Part shown: positions 14,740 through 26,404 of the stretch, piece after piece
How positions within the stretch are numbered: the stretch's first letter is position 1
Layout of the letters: the number at the start of each line of letters is the position of its first letter
Assembly: GCF_006345805.1 (NCBI RefSeq)
Contig: NC_043021.1
Location: 8,556,001 to 8,620,000, forward strand
Length of the DNA: 64,000 nucleotides
Direction: 5' to 3'
Source of the DNA: Octopus sinensis
Taxonomy: Eukaryota
Translations under genes and position numbers: made by a program
The notes under the pieces: model-generated
Told to the model about the DNA's origin: nothing
Databases searched by the model: none
What the model saw: the letters and a program-made list of their open reading frames with translations, nothing else

Positions 14740-15411
14740 TATATATAGGCACAGGTATGGCTGCGTGTTAGGTAGCGTGTTTTCTCAACCACGTGGTTCC
14801 GAGTTCAATTGTACTGCGTGACACCCTGGGCAAGTGCCTTCTACTATAGCCTCGGGCCGACCAAAGTGTGTCTTTGTGCCTATGTTCCTCTCCCTGACAA
14901 CCGTTGTTGGTGTGTTTACGTCCCTGCAACCTAGCAATTGGGCAAAAGAGACCGATAGTATAAGTACTAGGCTTGCAAAGAAAAAATCCTGGGTCCGATG
15001 GCTTCGACTAAAAACCCTTTAAGGCAGTGCCCCAACATAGCCGCAGTCAAAATGACTAAAACACGTAAAAGAATAAAAGAATAAAAGAATATATATATAT
15101 AGCCGTTTTCTTATTTGCATGTCAATTCTTGATTCTTGAGATTACCTCCCCTCCTAATATGAGATTGGTCTTAGTTGCCATTTGGCAATTATGAAACGTA
15201 CTCTAGATGTGAAGATAGTTTTAATAAATCGATAATTAATGTTACATGATAGTTAATATACCTGTATTTGTGTTTTTTAAGACATGCTACTGATCATTCT
15301 GAGCTATTTCTCATTTTCGTTTAAATTATATATATATATATATGTGTGTATATATATATATATATATACACATACACACTTACACACACACATATATATA
15401 TATATACTTAC

Positions 15412-15503
<92 letters not shown>

Positions 15504-15508
15504 GTTTG

Positions 15509-15607
<99 letters not shown>

Positions 15608-15882
15608 ATAGGATTAGCTCGTATACGAGTAGGTATATATTTGTAAAAAATGAAGTTCGAAAATGCTGCTATATTATACAATTTTTAATTTTTATATATA
15701 CATTATAACATGTTTCAGTTCCTGAAATGAAGCTTATCAAAAAAAGTTATATATAAAAAAAGACAGCTCATGCCGTCAAACACAAGAAATTCATTTACAA
15801 TATACAACGGAGTCAGACATCTTAAAGTTCAAATACAGTTTGAAGTAAGTTCATTCATGCTATATGTTCAAAGTGTTCGATG

Positions 15883-15925
<43 letters not shown>

Positions 15926-16144
15926 GGTGGTTGTCTACTCCTTATGCAAAGTTTGACCACCTCCTGTACCTACACCTTAGAACCATCATGGCATCTGATG
16001 TGGCTTTTTAAGCCAGACAATGTTGCATATCCGTTTTGGACGACCATGAGCTGCAGATAAGTTTTGATCTTTTTGTGATCTTAAAATGACTTTTGAGGCC
16101 TCCGTTAGATTTGCAAACCTTCTAGCCCACATTGCATATTTACA

Positions 16145-16185
<41 letters not shown>

Positions 16186-17254
16186 ACAGACATATAATTA
16201 AACACATACACACACACACACATAATTACACACACACACATATATAATTACACATGTGTAGAGACACTCGCCGAGAAGAGAGAGATAGTGTGTGTGTGCT
16301 TGTGTAAACTGTGTGTATGAAAGAGAGAGGGAGAGAGAAAGAGAGAGAGAGAGAGGCAGAGACCGAGGGTGGGGTGAGAAAGGAAAGCATTGGTATCATA
16401 TTTCATATCAGAGTGCACATAATATATTCTCCGGTTAGTGTTATCACACTTGATGCGATGAAGATTAAAAAGCTTATTAGAAAAAAAAAGTTTATTCATT
16501 CGAGAAAAGTCAATATGAATGAACGCCTGATCAGTAAGATGGATTTAATTGAAGGTTCCAATTAATTACTTCTAAAGGAATAACCATAGGCGCAGGAGTG
16601 GCTGTGTGGTAAGTAGCTTGCTAACCAACCACATGGTTCCGGGTTCAGTCCCACTGCGTGGCATCTTGGGAAAGTGTCTTCTGCTATAGCCCCGGGCCGA
16701 CCAAAGCCTTGTGAGTGGATTTGGTAGACGGAAACTGAAAGAAGCCTGTCGTATATATCTATATATATATATATATGTATGTGTGTGTGCCTGTGTTTGT
16801 CCCTCTAGCATTGCTTGACAACAGATGCTGGTGTGTTTACGTCCCCGTCACTTAGCGGTTCGGCAAAAGAGACCGATAGAATAAGTACTGGGCTTACAAA
16901 AAGAATAAGTCCCGGTGTCGATTTGCTCGACTAAAGGCGGTGCTCCAGCATGGCCGCAGTCAAATGACTGAAACAAGTAAAAGGGTAAAAGAGTAGAGAG
17001 CATTAACAACAACAACAACAACAACAATAACAACAACAACGATGACAACAGTAACAACAACAATATTATGGTTGTCCACTTACTGTTGACTATTCGAACG
17101 ACGCGCCAAGGAAGCAACAAAACCAGAATAGTACTTGCATCTTTACCCGTCTCGTACCATTGACTATCCAGGAATACAAAATCCAGCGCGAAAGAAGCGA
17201 TCACAATAAATGCATCAAAAACCTGCAATAATAATAATAATAATAATAGTAGTC

Positions 17255-17300
<46 letters not shown>

Positions 17301-17377
17301 TAATAATAATGATAATAATAATCATAATAATCATAATAATAATAATGATAATAATAATAATAATAATAATGATAATA

Positions 17378-17431
<54 letters not shown>

Positions 17432-17663
17432 CATAATAATAACAACATCCGTCCATGAATTTATTTATTTATACATTTTTAAATACATATTTTATCTGTG
17501 AATTTGCGTGTGTAATCTGGGAATGCATACAATGAGCTTCTCTGCCCTAGGTGTATGGAAAAAGCTCGGCGAGAAAAGGAAGAAAATTTGAAGAAAGAAG
17601 GAAAAAACATAATAATAATAATAATAATGATGATGATGATGATGATGATGATGATTATGACGA

Positions 17664-17697
<34 letters not shown>

Positions 17698-19492
17698 GGT
17701 GGCGGTGATGATGAGAAATAGATACAATTTTTAGGCACAGAGTTTTGATAAAGGAAATTTTGAGTTCTACTAAATTTTTATAAACATGTCTTAATACTAA
17801 TTCCTATGAAAACATATCTTTATCGTTTTTTGAAAACTTACTGAAATCTTAAATATTTTTTGAAGAACATACAATGATTAAAATATAAGAAGATCCTGGA
17901 GCTAATCAGCTGAAAAATATCTGAAAGCCAAGAAGTTATATAGGAGTGGTCGGAAACGTGTGTGGACATGCACTCTTGGGAAACAATAGTTATTCATGGA
18001 AAAATTTGGTTGAAATGAGAAACATTTTGTATTCCATAAATATGACATGCAAAATAAATATTAAAACTAACATGGCAGTCCAGATAAATAGGACGAATGC
18101 TGCCGTTGATTAACTCCAAGAGGCCATCGCCTCTAGCTAGCTATGTGACATATAGCTATGTGTGTCACATAGCTAGCTAGAGGCGATGGCCTCTGGGAGC
18201 TAATCAACGGCGGCATACGGCCTATTTATCTGGACTTTCCATGTTAGCTTGGCGATAACTATTAATATCCAGTGTCGCTGCAGTAGTCTCCTTTAGAGAG
18301 AATTAGAAATAATGGTATTTCTATTTAAAAATTAAAACATATTACAGAAATTAGAAATAGCCAATTTGTGCAATTTATCTGTGACAGGATAAGGAATTCG
18401 AGTTCAAACAACTTTTATTGCATGTGAGTGTGGTCTCTGTCAGAGCTGAAGATAGCTAATAGAGTTTTTTTTTTATTTTGCTTTTATCAGAAAATAACCA
18501 AAATCTTGCAGAATTCATTCCTGCTGAGAATTGGATTTTCAGTAATGTAATTTGTTAGACATGTTTGAGAAGGTTAATGAACTTAATAGTTTTCTACAAG
18601 GAGAAAAGATACACATCTTCACTTTGTAAGGTAAAACTGACGTGTTTATGGAAAAAAAGAAAACTACAAAAAAACCCCTGAACCTATGGAGACTTAATAC
18701 AAAATGATGAATTTTAAATATTTATATCTACTGATGTCTGAAAGTTTGAAAATAATTTCACTATTAATTCGTTTAAGTAGATCATAATCACACTTTTGGT
18801 ATACAAAGAAAATAGATTTGCAAATATTTTCTGCCAAACATAGATATTTGAAAATTAGATTAGGTCTAAATCCTATTCATTGAAGCAATAAAAACAGGTA
18901 AAACATTTTTCTCTTGGGAAGAATTTACAGATTTGTCATGGCATCAAGACCCAAATCTAATTTCCAAAAACTAATTTCAGCATTTTTTTTTTCTGTTTTT
19001 TTTTTCTTTCTGTTTTTCTTATTTTGCTGACTGTGACTTTGAAATCAAAATTTCCAGAATCGCTTGAATGGCAGCGCTTCAACCATTTGTTCCACATATC
19101 TGTATGAATTTGAACGTTAACAGGAATAAAAACAAAATAACCAATCAAATACGAACGTCACTGATAAATATAAACCCTCAACTTGATGTATTTTGCCAAA
19201 ACAAACAAGCAAACCTACTACAACCATTCAAGATATAAAAAAATTTGTTATCACTAGTTTTGTGTAGTCTTATCTTGTATCTGCATTGCTCAATATTTTG
19301 TGAGTTTCTGCCCGTTGTTGGTAATTTTTTTGCTTAATATAATCACATGAGGGTTATATTTCTTTTACCCTTTTGACTTTTATAACACAGAAAAAGGATC
19401 GCCAGAAAATTTATGATTGTTTAATAAATATATATTATTTAGAAGGCGGCGGGCTGGCAGAATCGTTAGTATGCCGGGGAAAATGCTTAGCA

Positions 19493-19549
<57 letters not shown>

Positions 19550-20320
19550 TAACCTCCCACAAAAATACATTTATAGTATGTATATTTATGACGTGGAGGC
19601 GCAATGGCCCAGTGGTTAGGGCAGCGGACTCGCGGTCGCAGGATCGCGGTTTCGATTCCCAGACCGGGCGTTGTGAGTGTTTATTGAGCGAAAAAGCTCC
19701 ACGAGGGTCCGGCAGGGGGTGGTACTCTTTCACCACTGTTTCTCTCTCTCTTTCTTCTGTTGGCCTGCTCGCTTAGCCAGCGGAGTGGCGTCATCCAAGG
19801 CTAAAACAATGCGAACGCATTGTGACCAGCGATGTGTAGCAACATCTGATGGTCTGGTCGGTCACTTGATCACGTGATATTTATGACACAGTACAAACAA
19901 GTCTGTACAAAAGGCTTTGAGCGGTAGAAGTTACAGGCTCGGTTCAATGTGGAGCTTTTGAAATTTAATTTAACTCGTACCAAAGTATATCTGGTCGTGG
20001 GTAACACGCTAAAGAAAAGGATTCTCTCTTGGTTGTCTTGATCTTGAAGACACACCATGTTCAATGGGGATTCAGTCATCCCTAGTAGCTTAAATAATAC
20101 ATGTAGTAGTAGTAGTAGTACTAGTAGTCGGTGGTGTTGTTTTATCTCACGGCAGACTGACCGATTAGACATTATAATCGGTCGAATGCTTTTTAACTGT
20201 TATATATTGATTTCTGCTTATCTAAAGTGCAAATGGAACTACGACAGTCAAGTGTGTCCAACAGATTTGAGGAAGGTCTAACGGCTATTTCTAACATGCT
20301 CAACAGATATGTGGAGGTAC

Positions 20321-20375
<55 letters not shown>

Positions 20376-21763
20376 GTAGGTAGAGAAGAGAAGTGAAAGA
20401 GAGATTGAAGAGATGAAGGCGGCGAGCTGGCAGAAACGGGCGAAATGCGTAGCCGTATTTCGTCTGCCGTTACGTTCTGAGTTCAAATTCCGCCGAGGTC
20501 GACTTTGCCTTTCATCCTTTCGGGGTCGATAAATTAAGTACCAGTTACGCACTGGGGTCGATGTAATCGACTTAATCCGTTTGTCTGTCCTTGTTTGTCC
20601 CCTCTATGTTTAGCCCCTCGTGGGCAATAAAGAAATAAGAAAGAGAGATTGAGAGAAGAAAAGAAGAGAGGAGAAAAGAGGAAAATAGAGATCTAGAGAA
20701 AGAGAGGAGTAGCGAGGGTGAGTTGTTTGTTGTTTTTGTTAAACTCGAGATCAATTTTGATCGAAAACATCTATGATAAAAAAAACAAACAATGCAGCCA
20801 TAGTATTCGTATCTTTTGTTAGATATTTATGTTCATCATATTTAGTACTAAATAATGTTTTTTTTTTTCTGCTTTGAAAAAACGGTTGGATGATTCGAAG
20901 CTGTGTATTTATAGCTGGTTGAGAGGGGTTACATACAAGGTCGCTGGGAAGTAGAGGCTGAGAAACTGAGAGAGCAAACAGTGTGAGGTGGTGTCTTCTT
21001 CTTCTTCTTCTTCTCTTCTTCTTCTTCTTCTTCTTCTTCTTCTTCTTCTTCTTCTTCCCCTTCTTCTTCCAATCAGGACTCACGCCATTAGCCACAAAGA
21101 ATAATCTCTAATTCGAGCCTACTCTAAGCTACTAAGAATGCATGTGGCAACTTGAAGATCCACCCACCACACGCGATAAGCTGGTGGTTGCACGGGTGCG
21201 AAAGCTACATTGTTATCCTCATTCCGTAAACGGTGGCTTTTAACGGGTGGAGAGCTGAACCATCCTGGGGTACAAAGGATTCGCAATCTTGACTAGGGTC
21301 TGGAAGTTTACCACACCATAGTGGGTTACACCACGGTTCCTCTGCTTTGTGGCAGAAGTAGGAAGAAAGAGCGAGAGAAAGTTGTGGTGAAAGAGTACAG
21401 CGGGGTTCACCACCCCTGCCCCGCCGCAGCCTCGTGGAGCATAGGTGTTTTTGCTTAATAAACACTCAGAATGCCCGGTCTGGGAATCGAAACCGCATTC
21501 TTACGACCGCGTGTCCGCTGCCCTAACCACTGGGCCATTGCGCCTCCCCTGAGGTGGTGTTGGAGGGAGGGTGCGAGAGAAAAAACCGAAGAGGAAGGTG
21601 ACAGGGAGAAGGGGAGAGAGAGAGAAACAAGGAAAGAAAAACGAGTGGAAGTGTTTCATCAAAACGTTAAACATTTTAAAATTGTAATGAGGGGAAATTA
21701 AATACCTACCTCAAACTTCTTTTTGAAAAACTTCACTCTCATGCAACACAGTTTAACAAATGT
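6523..21763 (-). CDS. HVCN1-like: Voltage-gated proton channel, Hv1/HVCN1 family, molluscan Hv3-like; 5'-partial, 6 exons, 352 aa recovered
   Basis: join(21763-21710,17222-17084,13049-12934,12268-12196,10106-9466,6558-6523), 1059 nt. All introns GT-AG with compatible phases (0,1,0,1,0). Translation: [36 protein letters not shown]...[16 protein letters not shown]-coiled coil-acidic tail-TYL*. By eye it aligns to Hv1 S2-S4 (cf. FEILDAVVVVVSFILD and LLRLWRVARIIN). Confidence 0.9.
6672..7185 (+). mobile_element. Non-autonomous Helitron-like element
   Basis: 5' TC, 3' GC-rich hairpin then CTAG, inserted between A and T; related copies at 48309 and 54711. Confidence 0.8.
7825..8240 (-). mobile_element. 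SINE A dimer
   Basis: Full unit plus head-less unit. Confidence 0.85.
8918..9283 (+). mobile_element. tRNA-derived SINE family B (internal microsatellite, gtaaaaga tail)
   Basis: ggagtggctgtgtggtaa head and gactgaaacaagtaaaag end. Confidence 0.85.
9466..10106 (-). CDS. Hv exon: long low-complexity cytoplasmic tail (D/E runs, poly-Ala, Ser-rich)
   Basis: 641-nt GC-richer open frame, T-rich acceptor ending ggcag, donor gtaagt, phase 1/0. Confidence 0.85.
10735..11025 (+). mobile_element. Helentron/HINE-like non-autonomous element
   Basis: (caaa)n microsatellite then subterminal hairpin tccaccttagcgaaggcgga before (TAA)n; family assignment is by resemblance only. Confidence 0.35.
11614..11910 (+). 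mobile_element. tRNA-like SINE family D; second copy 45493-45795 with TSD gtacatctctgta
   Basis: tggcctagtggttagagc A-box and ggttcgaatc B-box; two similar copies. Confidence 0.8.
12196..12268 (-). CDS. Hv exon: end of coiled coil ([24 protein letters not shown])
   Basis: Acceptor ttttgtttcag, donor gtaagt, 73 nt, phase 0/1. Confidence 0.85.
12934..13049 (-). CDS. Hv exon: post-S4 coiled coil ([38 protein letters not shown])
   Basis: Polypyrimidine acceptor ending ccag, donor gtaagt, 116 nt, phase 1/0. Confidence 0.9.
13208..13430 (-). mobile_element. SINE A
   Basis: Full-length match to other copies. Confidence 0.85.
13683..14063 (+). mobile_element. Non-autonomous Helitron-like element (different internal region)
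   Basis: A|TC start; same 3' end gagcaacgccgggcgatactgctag|t. Confidence 0.75.
14748..15090 (+). mobile_element. SINE B (diverged)
   Basis: Similarity to other B copies. Confidence 0.7.
15940..16140 (-). mobile_element. Possible CR1-like LINE fragment
   Basis: [30 protein letters not shown] resembles a LINE C-terminal region; by-eye match only. Confidence 0.35.
16588..16995 (+). mobile_element. SINE B
   Basis: Full-length match. Confidence 0.85.
17084..17222 (-). CDS. Hv exon: S3 and S4 ([46 protein letters not shown])
   Basis: Acceptor ttgcag, donor gtaagt, 139 nt; voltage-sensor S3 Asp residues and S4 WRxxR. Confidence 0.95.
17228..17450. repeat. (TAA)n microsatellite directly upstream of the S3-S4 exon acceptor
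   Basis: Direct inspection; other TAA tracts at 11025-11250, 38885-38985, 61667-61802. Confidence 0.95.
18064..18250. repeat. Inverted repeat / long hairpin, arms about 85 bp
   Basis: Inner 30 bp perfectly complementary (18120-18149 vs 18164-18193); outer arms have few mismatches. Confidence 0.9.
18340..19220 (+). mobile_element. Degenerate hAT (Charlie/ZBED-like) transposase remnant
   Basis: Broken frames read [16 protein letters not shown] and [14 protein letters not shown], resembling hAT C-terminal motifs. Confidence 0.6.
19595..19870 (+). mobile_element. tRNA-like SINE family C; other copies 21340-21550 (-), 40650-40990 (+), 41165-41543 (-), 52644-53025 (+)
   Basis: ggaggcgcaatggcccagtggttag head shared by all copies. 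Confidence 0.8.
20418..20640 (+). mobile_element. SINE A
   Basis: Full-length match. Confidence 0.85.
21072..21340 (-). mobile_element. Dispersed repeat with (GAA)n tail, probable retroelement 3' end; second copy 27651-27915
   Basis: Two similar copies of about 265 bp in the window. Confidence 0.6.
21710..21763 (-). CDS. Hv exon: end of S2 and S2-S3 linker ([18 protein letters not shown])
   Basis: Acceptor tttctcttttctctccctttgcag, donor gtaggt, 54 nt, phase 0/0; joins directly to VFDAF. Confidence 0.85.
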
Positions 21764-22216
21764 CTGCAAAGGGAGAGAAAAGAGAAACATTAGACATCGA
21801 TGAGAAAGTCTGAAAATCGAAAATAATTGGGTTAGATATTTGAAGTAAGATAATAAACATTTATGTATTCTCCGATAAATAAGTACTGCTGCAATAAATA
21901 TATTCTTATCTTTTATATCAATGTCTAATCATTGCTATAAACCATTTCCCAGATTCCTCTTCTCCAGATCTGGTGTCTGTTTCTTAGAGTTGCGAAGTTT
22001 GATAATGCTGTAGTATCCTAGCCATAAACACAATGAAACAATTACATAGAGAATAATTCGAACTTGTACACAATCTATGAATCGCTACTATGTTTTTAAA
22101 CGTGTTAGTAATGTATACGTACATACATACATACATACATACCTGCATACATAATACATACACACGTATACATATATATGTGTGTGTGTGTATTATATAA
22201 ATAAATAAATAAATAA

Positions 22217-22248
<32 letters not shown>

Positions 22249-22795
22249 TATATATATAATATAATAAATAATAAAATATATGCATATATACATACATATA
22301 TGTACATACTTACATCTACATGTATATATACATGCATATATATATTATATATATATATATATATATATGTGTGTGAGTACAGGACACCACAAATAAACGT
22401 AGAACACAACGAGAGATGAAAACATAAAATCAAACAAGGAAACGGACTTTTTTTAAACAATGAAAAAACAGAGTACAGGACAAACAATATTATTATATGA
22501 CCGAACGCACGCGTTATTTCTCTTCTCCAAGTTTTTATATATACATATAGATAGACAGGCAGAGAAGAGAATGAGAAAGAGAAAGACAGAGAGATTGTGT
22601 GAAGAAAAAAGAAGGAGAAAAATAGAGGAAATAGAGATATAGAGGAGAACTAGGCCTGGAGAACGTGGCTGCGTAGAAACAATTGTAGTGATTGAAAATA
22701 AATGTCGAACCGTACTCCATCTCGTTGACTTCAAATTTTTTTCAATTATCTACTCACACACGATAGAAGCCCCAATGCAAACCTGAAAGTAGTTA

Positions 22796-22862
<67 letters not shown>

Positions 22863-22940
22863 TAGCAGAAGGTGAAATCTGAAGGTGGACGAACTTTATA
22901 CTGTACTCTATATATGGTATATTCTTAACAGAATATACCA

Positions 22941-22983
<43 letters not shown>

Positions 22984-23034
22984 ACACACACACACACACA
23001 CACACTGACACATACAGACACACATATTCACACT

Positions 23035-23442
23035 CTTTTACTCGTTTACTTGTTTCAGTCATTTGACTGCGGCCATGCTGGAGCACCGCCTTTAGTCGAG
23101 CAAATCGACCCCAGGACTTATTCTTTGTAAGCCTAGTACTTATACTGTCGGCCCCTTTTGCCGAACTGCTAAGTTACGGGTACGTAAACACACCAGCATC
23201 GGTTGTCAAGCGATGTTGGTGGACAAACACAGACACACATATATACACACACATACATATATATACATATACATATATACGACGGGCTTCTTTCAGTTTC
23301 CGTCTACCAAATCCACTCACTAGGCTTTGGTCGGCCCGAGACTATAGTAGAAGACCCTTGCCCAAGGTGCCATGCAGTGGGACTGAACCCGGAGCCATGT
23401 AGTTCGTAAGCAAGCTACTTACCACACAGCCACTCCTACGCC
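23035..23442 (-). mobile_element. SINE B
   Basis: Full-length match. Confidence 0.85.
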
Positions 23443-24985
23443 TATGAGCGATTTCAACGCAAAGGTAGGAATTAAACGACAGGAAGAGAAATATAGTGGT
23501 AATTTTGGATCAGGAACGAGAAGCAAAACCGGAGAACGTTTGGTTACCATACAAAAACAAGAAGAATTTAAGTTGGGAACAGCCTATTCAGGAAGCTACC
23601 TGGGGGTGGGGGGTGGATATGGATAGCCGTAAACGCTCGACATAAAAATAAAATTGATAACATCCTACTCGATAAACAACGCATACTGTAAGACATCTCA
23701 GTAGTCGCGTCATTCAACATAGGCAGAGATCACCGCATGCTATGAGCAAAGATCGCGATCAATGAAATCAGAGAGACAAAAGGCCTTTGATGTGAACCAG
23801 TTGCAGGAAGCTATCAAGAAAGAAATTTGGAGTTAACTTTGAAGAGCTCGATGAGAACTACAATTTGCTGATCCAGAAAATCAAAATCTTCAAATGGAAA
23901 ACAAGAACTGCAATCGGGCAGGATTTTGAAGGGAGAATTTCGGAGGAGACGGAGAAAATGCTAGAGATGCGGAAAACGATGAAATTGAACATGAAAGATC
24001 TCCTCGAATATTCCGTTCTCTGTAAAGTGATCAGACAACAATCTAGGAAATGACTTCTAGAATTACAGATTAAAGAATCTAATTCAAGCTGTTGAGAAAT
24101 GAAGCCTAAAAAGATGCAAGAGGGGCTGGCACTCTATAGGTCAGTGGTGACGGAACTTAAAAACAAGGATGGGTTCACGGTGACTGACAAAGCGAGGTGG
24201 AAGAGGTGTGCAAAACCTTTTACACTAACCTTTTAAAATCGTCAGTGAAACTCGATTCTCCACCGCCACAAACATTGGAAGGAGTGCTACCTATTCTACC
24301 TATTCAAATGACCCCATACACACTTGAAACCTTTGTTTCTTGTTGAGCATAGATCATCAATGACTATTTTGCTACTGTTCTCGACATTGAGCTCCCTTCC
24401 TGACTTCTCTAGTAGGATCTTTGCTTTTTCAGCTCTATCCCAGGACCCTGCCTCCAACTATTTTTAGGGAATTATGTTTCCCTGTGCCACGGCCTTCCTC
24501 TATCCAGTTTTGTTGGCTTTTAATTGTTATTAATATTTCTGTAACTTTGTTTTTCCTAATGAAACTGAAAATGTCTTCAAACTAATGAAGACAAAGTTCC
24601 AGGGAAAGATGGGATCACAACAGAAATGTTAAGATGCAGAGGTGAAAAGCTGTGGAAAATCCTCTTTCTATCCTTCAATCACTGTCTGAAGTAAAGTAAA
24701 ATACCCTCACCGTGGAAGGAGTTATATATCATCTTACTTCATAAGAAGGATGATAAAGAACATTTAAAAAGATATACCTCTTGTCTCACCTCCATAAGCT
24801 GTTTACAAAGGTCATAGTCACCAGACTATCAAAACACCTCGACTACCTACATCCGAGAGAGCGAGCAGATTTCTATAGGAACTTATTCACTCTAACATGG
24901 TTCGAAGAACGAGCGAATGAATACAAATTTTCTCAATGTGTGGCTTTTGTTGATTACGAAAAGGCCTTGAATAGCGTCTAAATGA
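23440..24985 (+). mobile_element. Degenerate RTE-clade LINE (endonuclease and RT fragments)
   Basis: SDFNAKVG...GNFGSGTRSKTGERL (APE) and LHKLFTKVIVTRL...VAFVDYEKALNSV (RT). Confidence 0.85.
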
Positions 24986-25109
24986 ATGCGATGTTGAAAT
25001 CCAAGAAAATGAAAGTAGTTTAGACACAATACATATAAGTCGGCTCACAGACATACACATACTATATCTGCAAGATTACCATGTGCGTCACATGATATAT
25101 ATATATATC

Positions 25110-25462
25110 AATTTTTTATATTGAATGCATATCACCACTATGAACTATTTTTTATATTGAATGCATGTCACCACTATGAACTACTACATCATACTATTTA
25201 AACATATAGCATGAACTCACTTCACTATATATGAACTTTTGATGTCTGACTCTATTGTATATTATATATGAATTTTTTATATTTGATAGCATGAACTATC
25301 TTTTTTATATATAATTTTTTTTGATAAGGTTCATCATTTCAAGAACCGAAACATGTTAAATAAATAATGTATATATAAAAATTAAAAATTTGTCTAATAT
25401 AGCAGCATTTTCGAACTTCATTTTTTACAAATATATACCCACTCGTATACGAGCTATCTTAT

Positions 25463-25470
<8 letters not shown>
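25110..25470 (+). mobile_element. TA-associated Penelope-like short repeat; second copy about 15600-15775 (-)
   Basis: Shared ctcgtatacgagcta end, gaacttcattttttacaaat and hammerhead-like core in both copies. Confidence 0.5.
25311..25367 (+). ncRNA. Hammerhead-like motif with U3-A8 core variant
   Basis: UUGAUAA-GGUUC/GAACC stem II-GAAACAUGUU; weak AU-rich stem I; second copy at 15701-15750 (-). Confidence 0.45.
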
Positions 25471-25539
<69 letters not shown>

Positions 25540-25542
<3 letters not shown>

Positions 25543-25750
25543 ATCCAAACAAGAAAGCACAAAAAAAACACAACAACGCGAGGACGTGGAACAAATATAA
25601 TATTATTGGACGCTCAGGAAAGAAGGAAAGAAGGAGGGTTTAACGTTTCGAGCGGAGCTCTTCGTCGGAAACATAGGAGAAGGAAAGATCCAGAGAAGGG
25701 AAGACAGAGGAAAAAAAATCGCCATCGGTACACACGCGGTCACATTTATA
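25540..25750 (-). mobile_element. TA-associated Penelope-like short repeat
   Basis: Flanked by TA tracts; carries a minimal hammerhead-like motif. Confidence 0.4.
25638..25672 (-). ncRNA. Minimal hammerhead-like motif (core CCGACGA, probably mutated)
   Basis: GUUU-CCGACGA-A GAGC UCC GCUC-GAAACGUU-AAAC. Confidence 0.4.
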
Positions 25751-25769
25751 TATATATATATATATATCT

Positions 25770-26130
25770 TGTGACGCGCATGGTAATCTTGGAGGGAAAA
25801 TACGAATTCATTCGTCTACAAAGATTTGGATGTGCTGACTATATGCAGTTATTCCCGATGGCGCGGGATCGGAATGCAAAGGGTAGATTCATAGCATTTC
25901 CTAATTTATAAATTATCGAATTATTGCGCTGATGACGGGAATGAATTTGTATAATTGTAACTCAGAAACGCGTCCATAATTAATCGAAGCCTGTTTGATT
26001 TCGTTATTTTTCTTCTTTTGTCTATGTGAGTTACAAGTATTGTCATCTGTGGAGTAATATCTGTAGTTAAAAGAAATAAGCTGTCTTTGGCTGCTATTTC
26101 TAAATTTTCGGTTTGTGGTTAAGCAACTTG
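25770..26130 (+). mobile_element. Penelope-like 3' remnant
   Basis: Short ORF end (RNAKGRFIAFPNL*) loosely resembles a GIY-YIG C-terminus and is followed immediately by a hammerhead motif. Confidence 0.4.
25920..25981 (+). ncRNA. Hammerhead ribozyme motif, partly decayed
   Basis: CUGAUGA (25929-35) ... GAAACGCGUC (25965-74) with ACGCGU palindrome; stems I and II imperfect. Confidence 0.6.
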
Positions 26131-26166
26131 TTGCTTAACTATTAATTATATACATACATACATACA

Positions 26167-26224
<58 letters not shown>

Positions 26225-26306
26225 GGTCCCGGGTTGAGTCGGGGTTAACCACAGTAAATAAGGTACTCAATACATAGCAGAGTAAATTAATTTATTTTAT
26301 AGAAGG

Positions 26307-26357
26307 AGCTTCTACAGGACTAGAACTGTTTCATTCAAATGAAATCTTCAGGAAGCT
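26307..26357 (-). ncRNA. Type I hammerhead ribozyme motif (mirror copy in palindrome)
   Basis: Exact reverse complement of 26354-26404 within the perfect palindrome 26293-26418. Confidence 0.8.
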
Positions 26358-26404
26358 TCCTGAAGATTTCATTTGAATGAAACAGTTCTAGTCCTGTAGA
26401 AGCT
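26354..26404 (+). ncRNA. Type I hammerhead ribozyme motif
   Basis: AGCUUC-CUGAAGA-(U)UUC AUUU GAA(U)-GAA-ACAG UUCUAGUC CUGU-A-GAAGCU; 6-bp stem I, 4-bp stem III, predicted cleavage 26398/26399. Confidence 0.8.

Noticed and set aside
22758-22782. Possible 25-nt exon (xFALGLLSC) resembling early S2
   Set aside because: It has ag/gt ends but needs an extra 4-codon microexon carrying the S2 Glu, which I could not find; acceptor is weak
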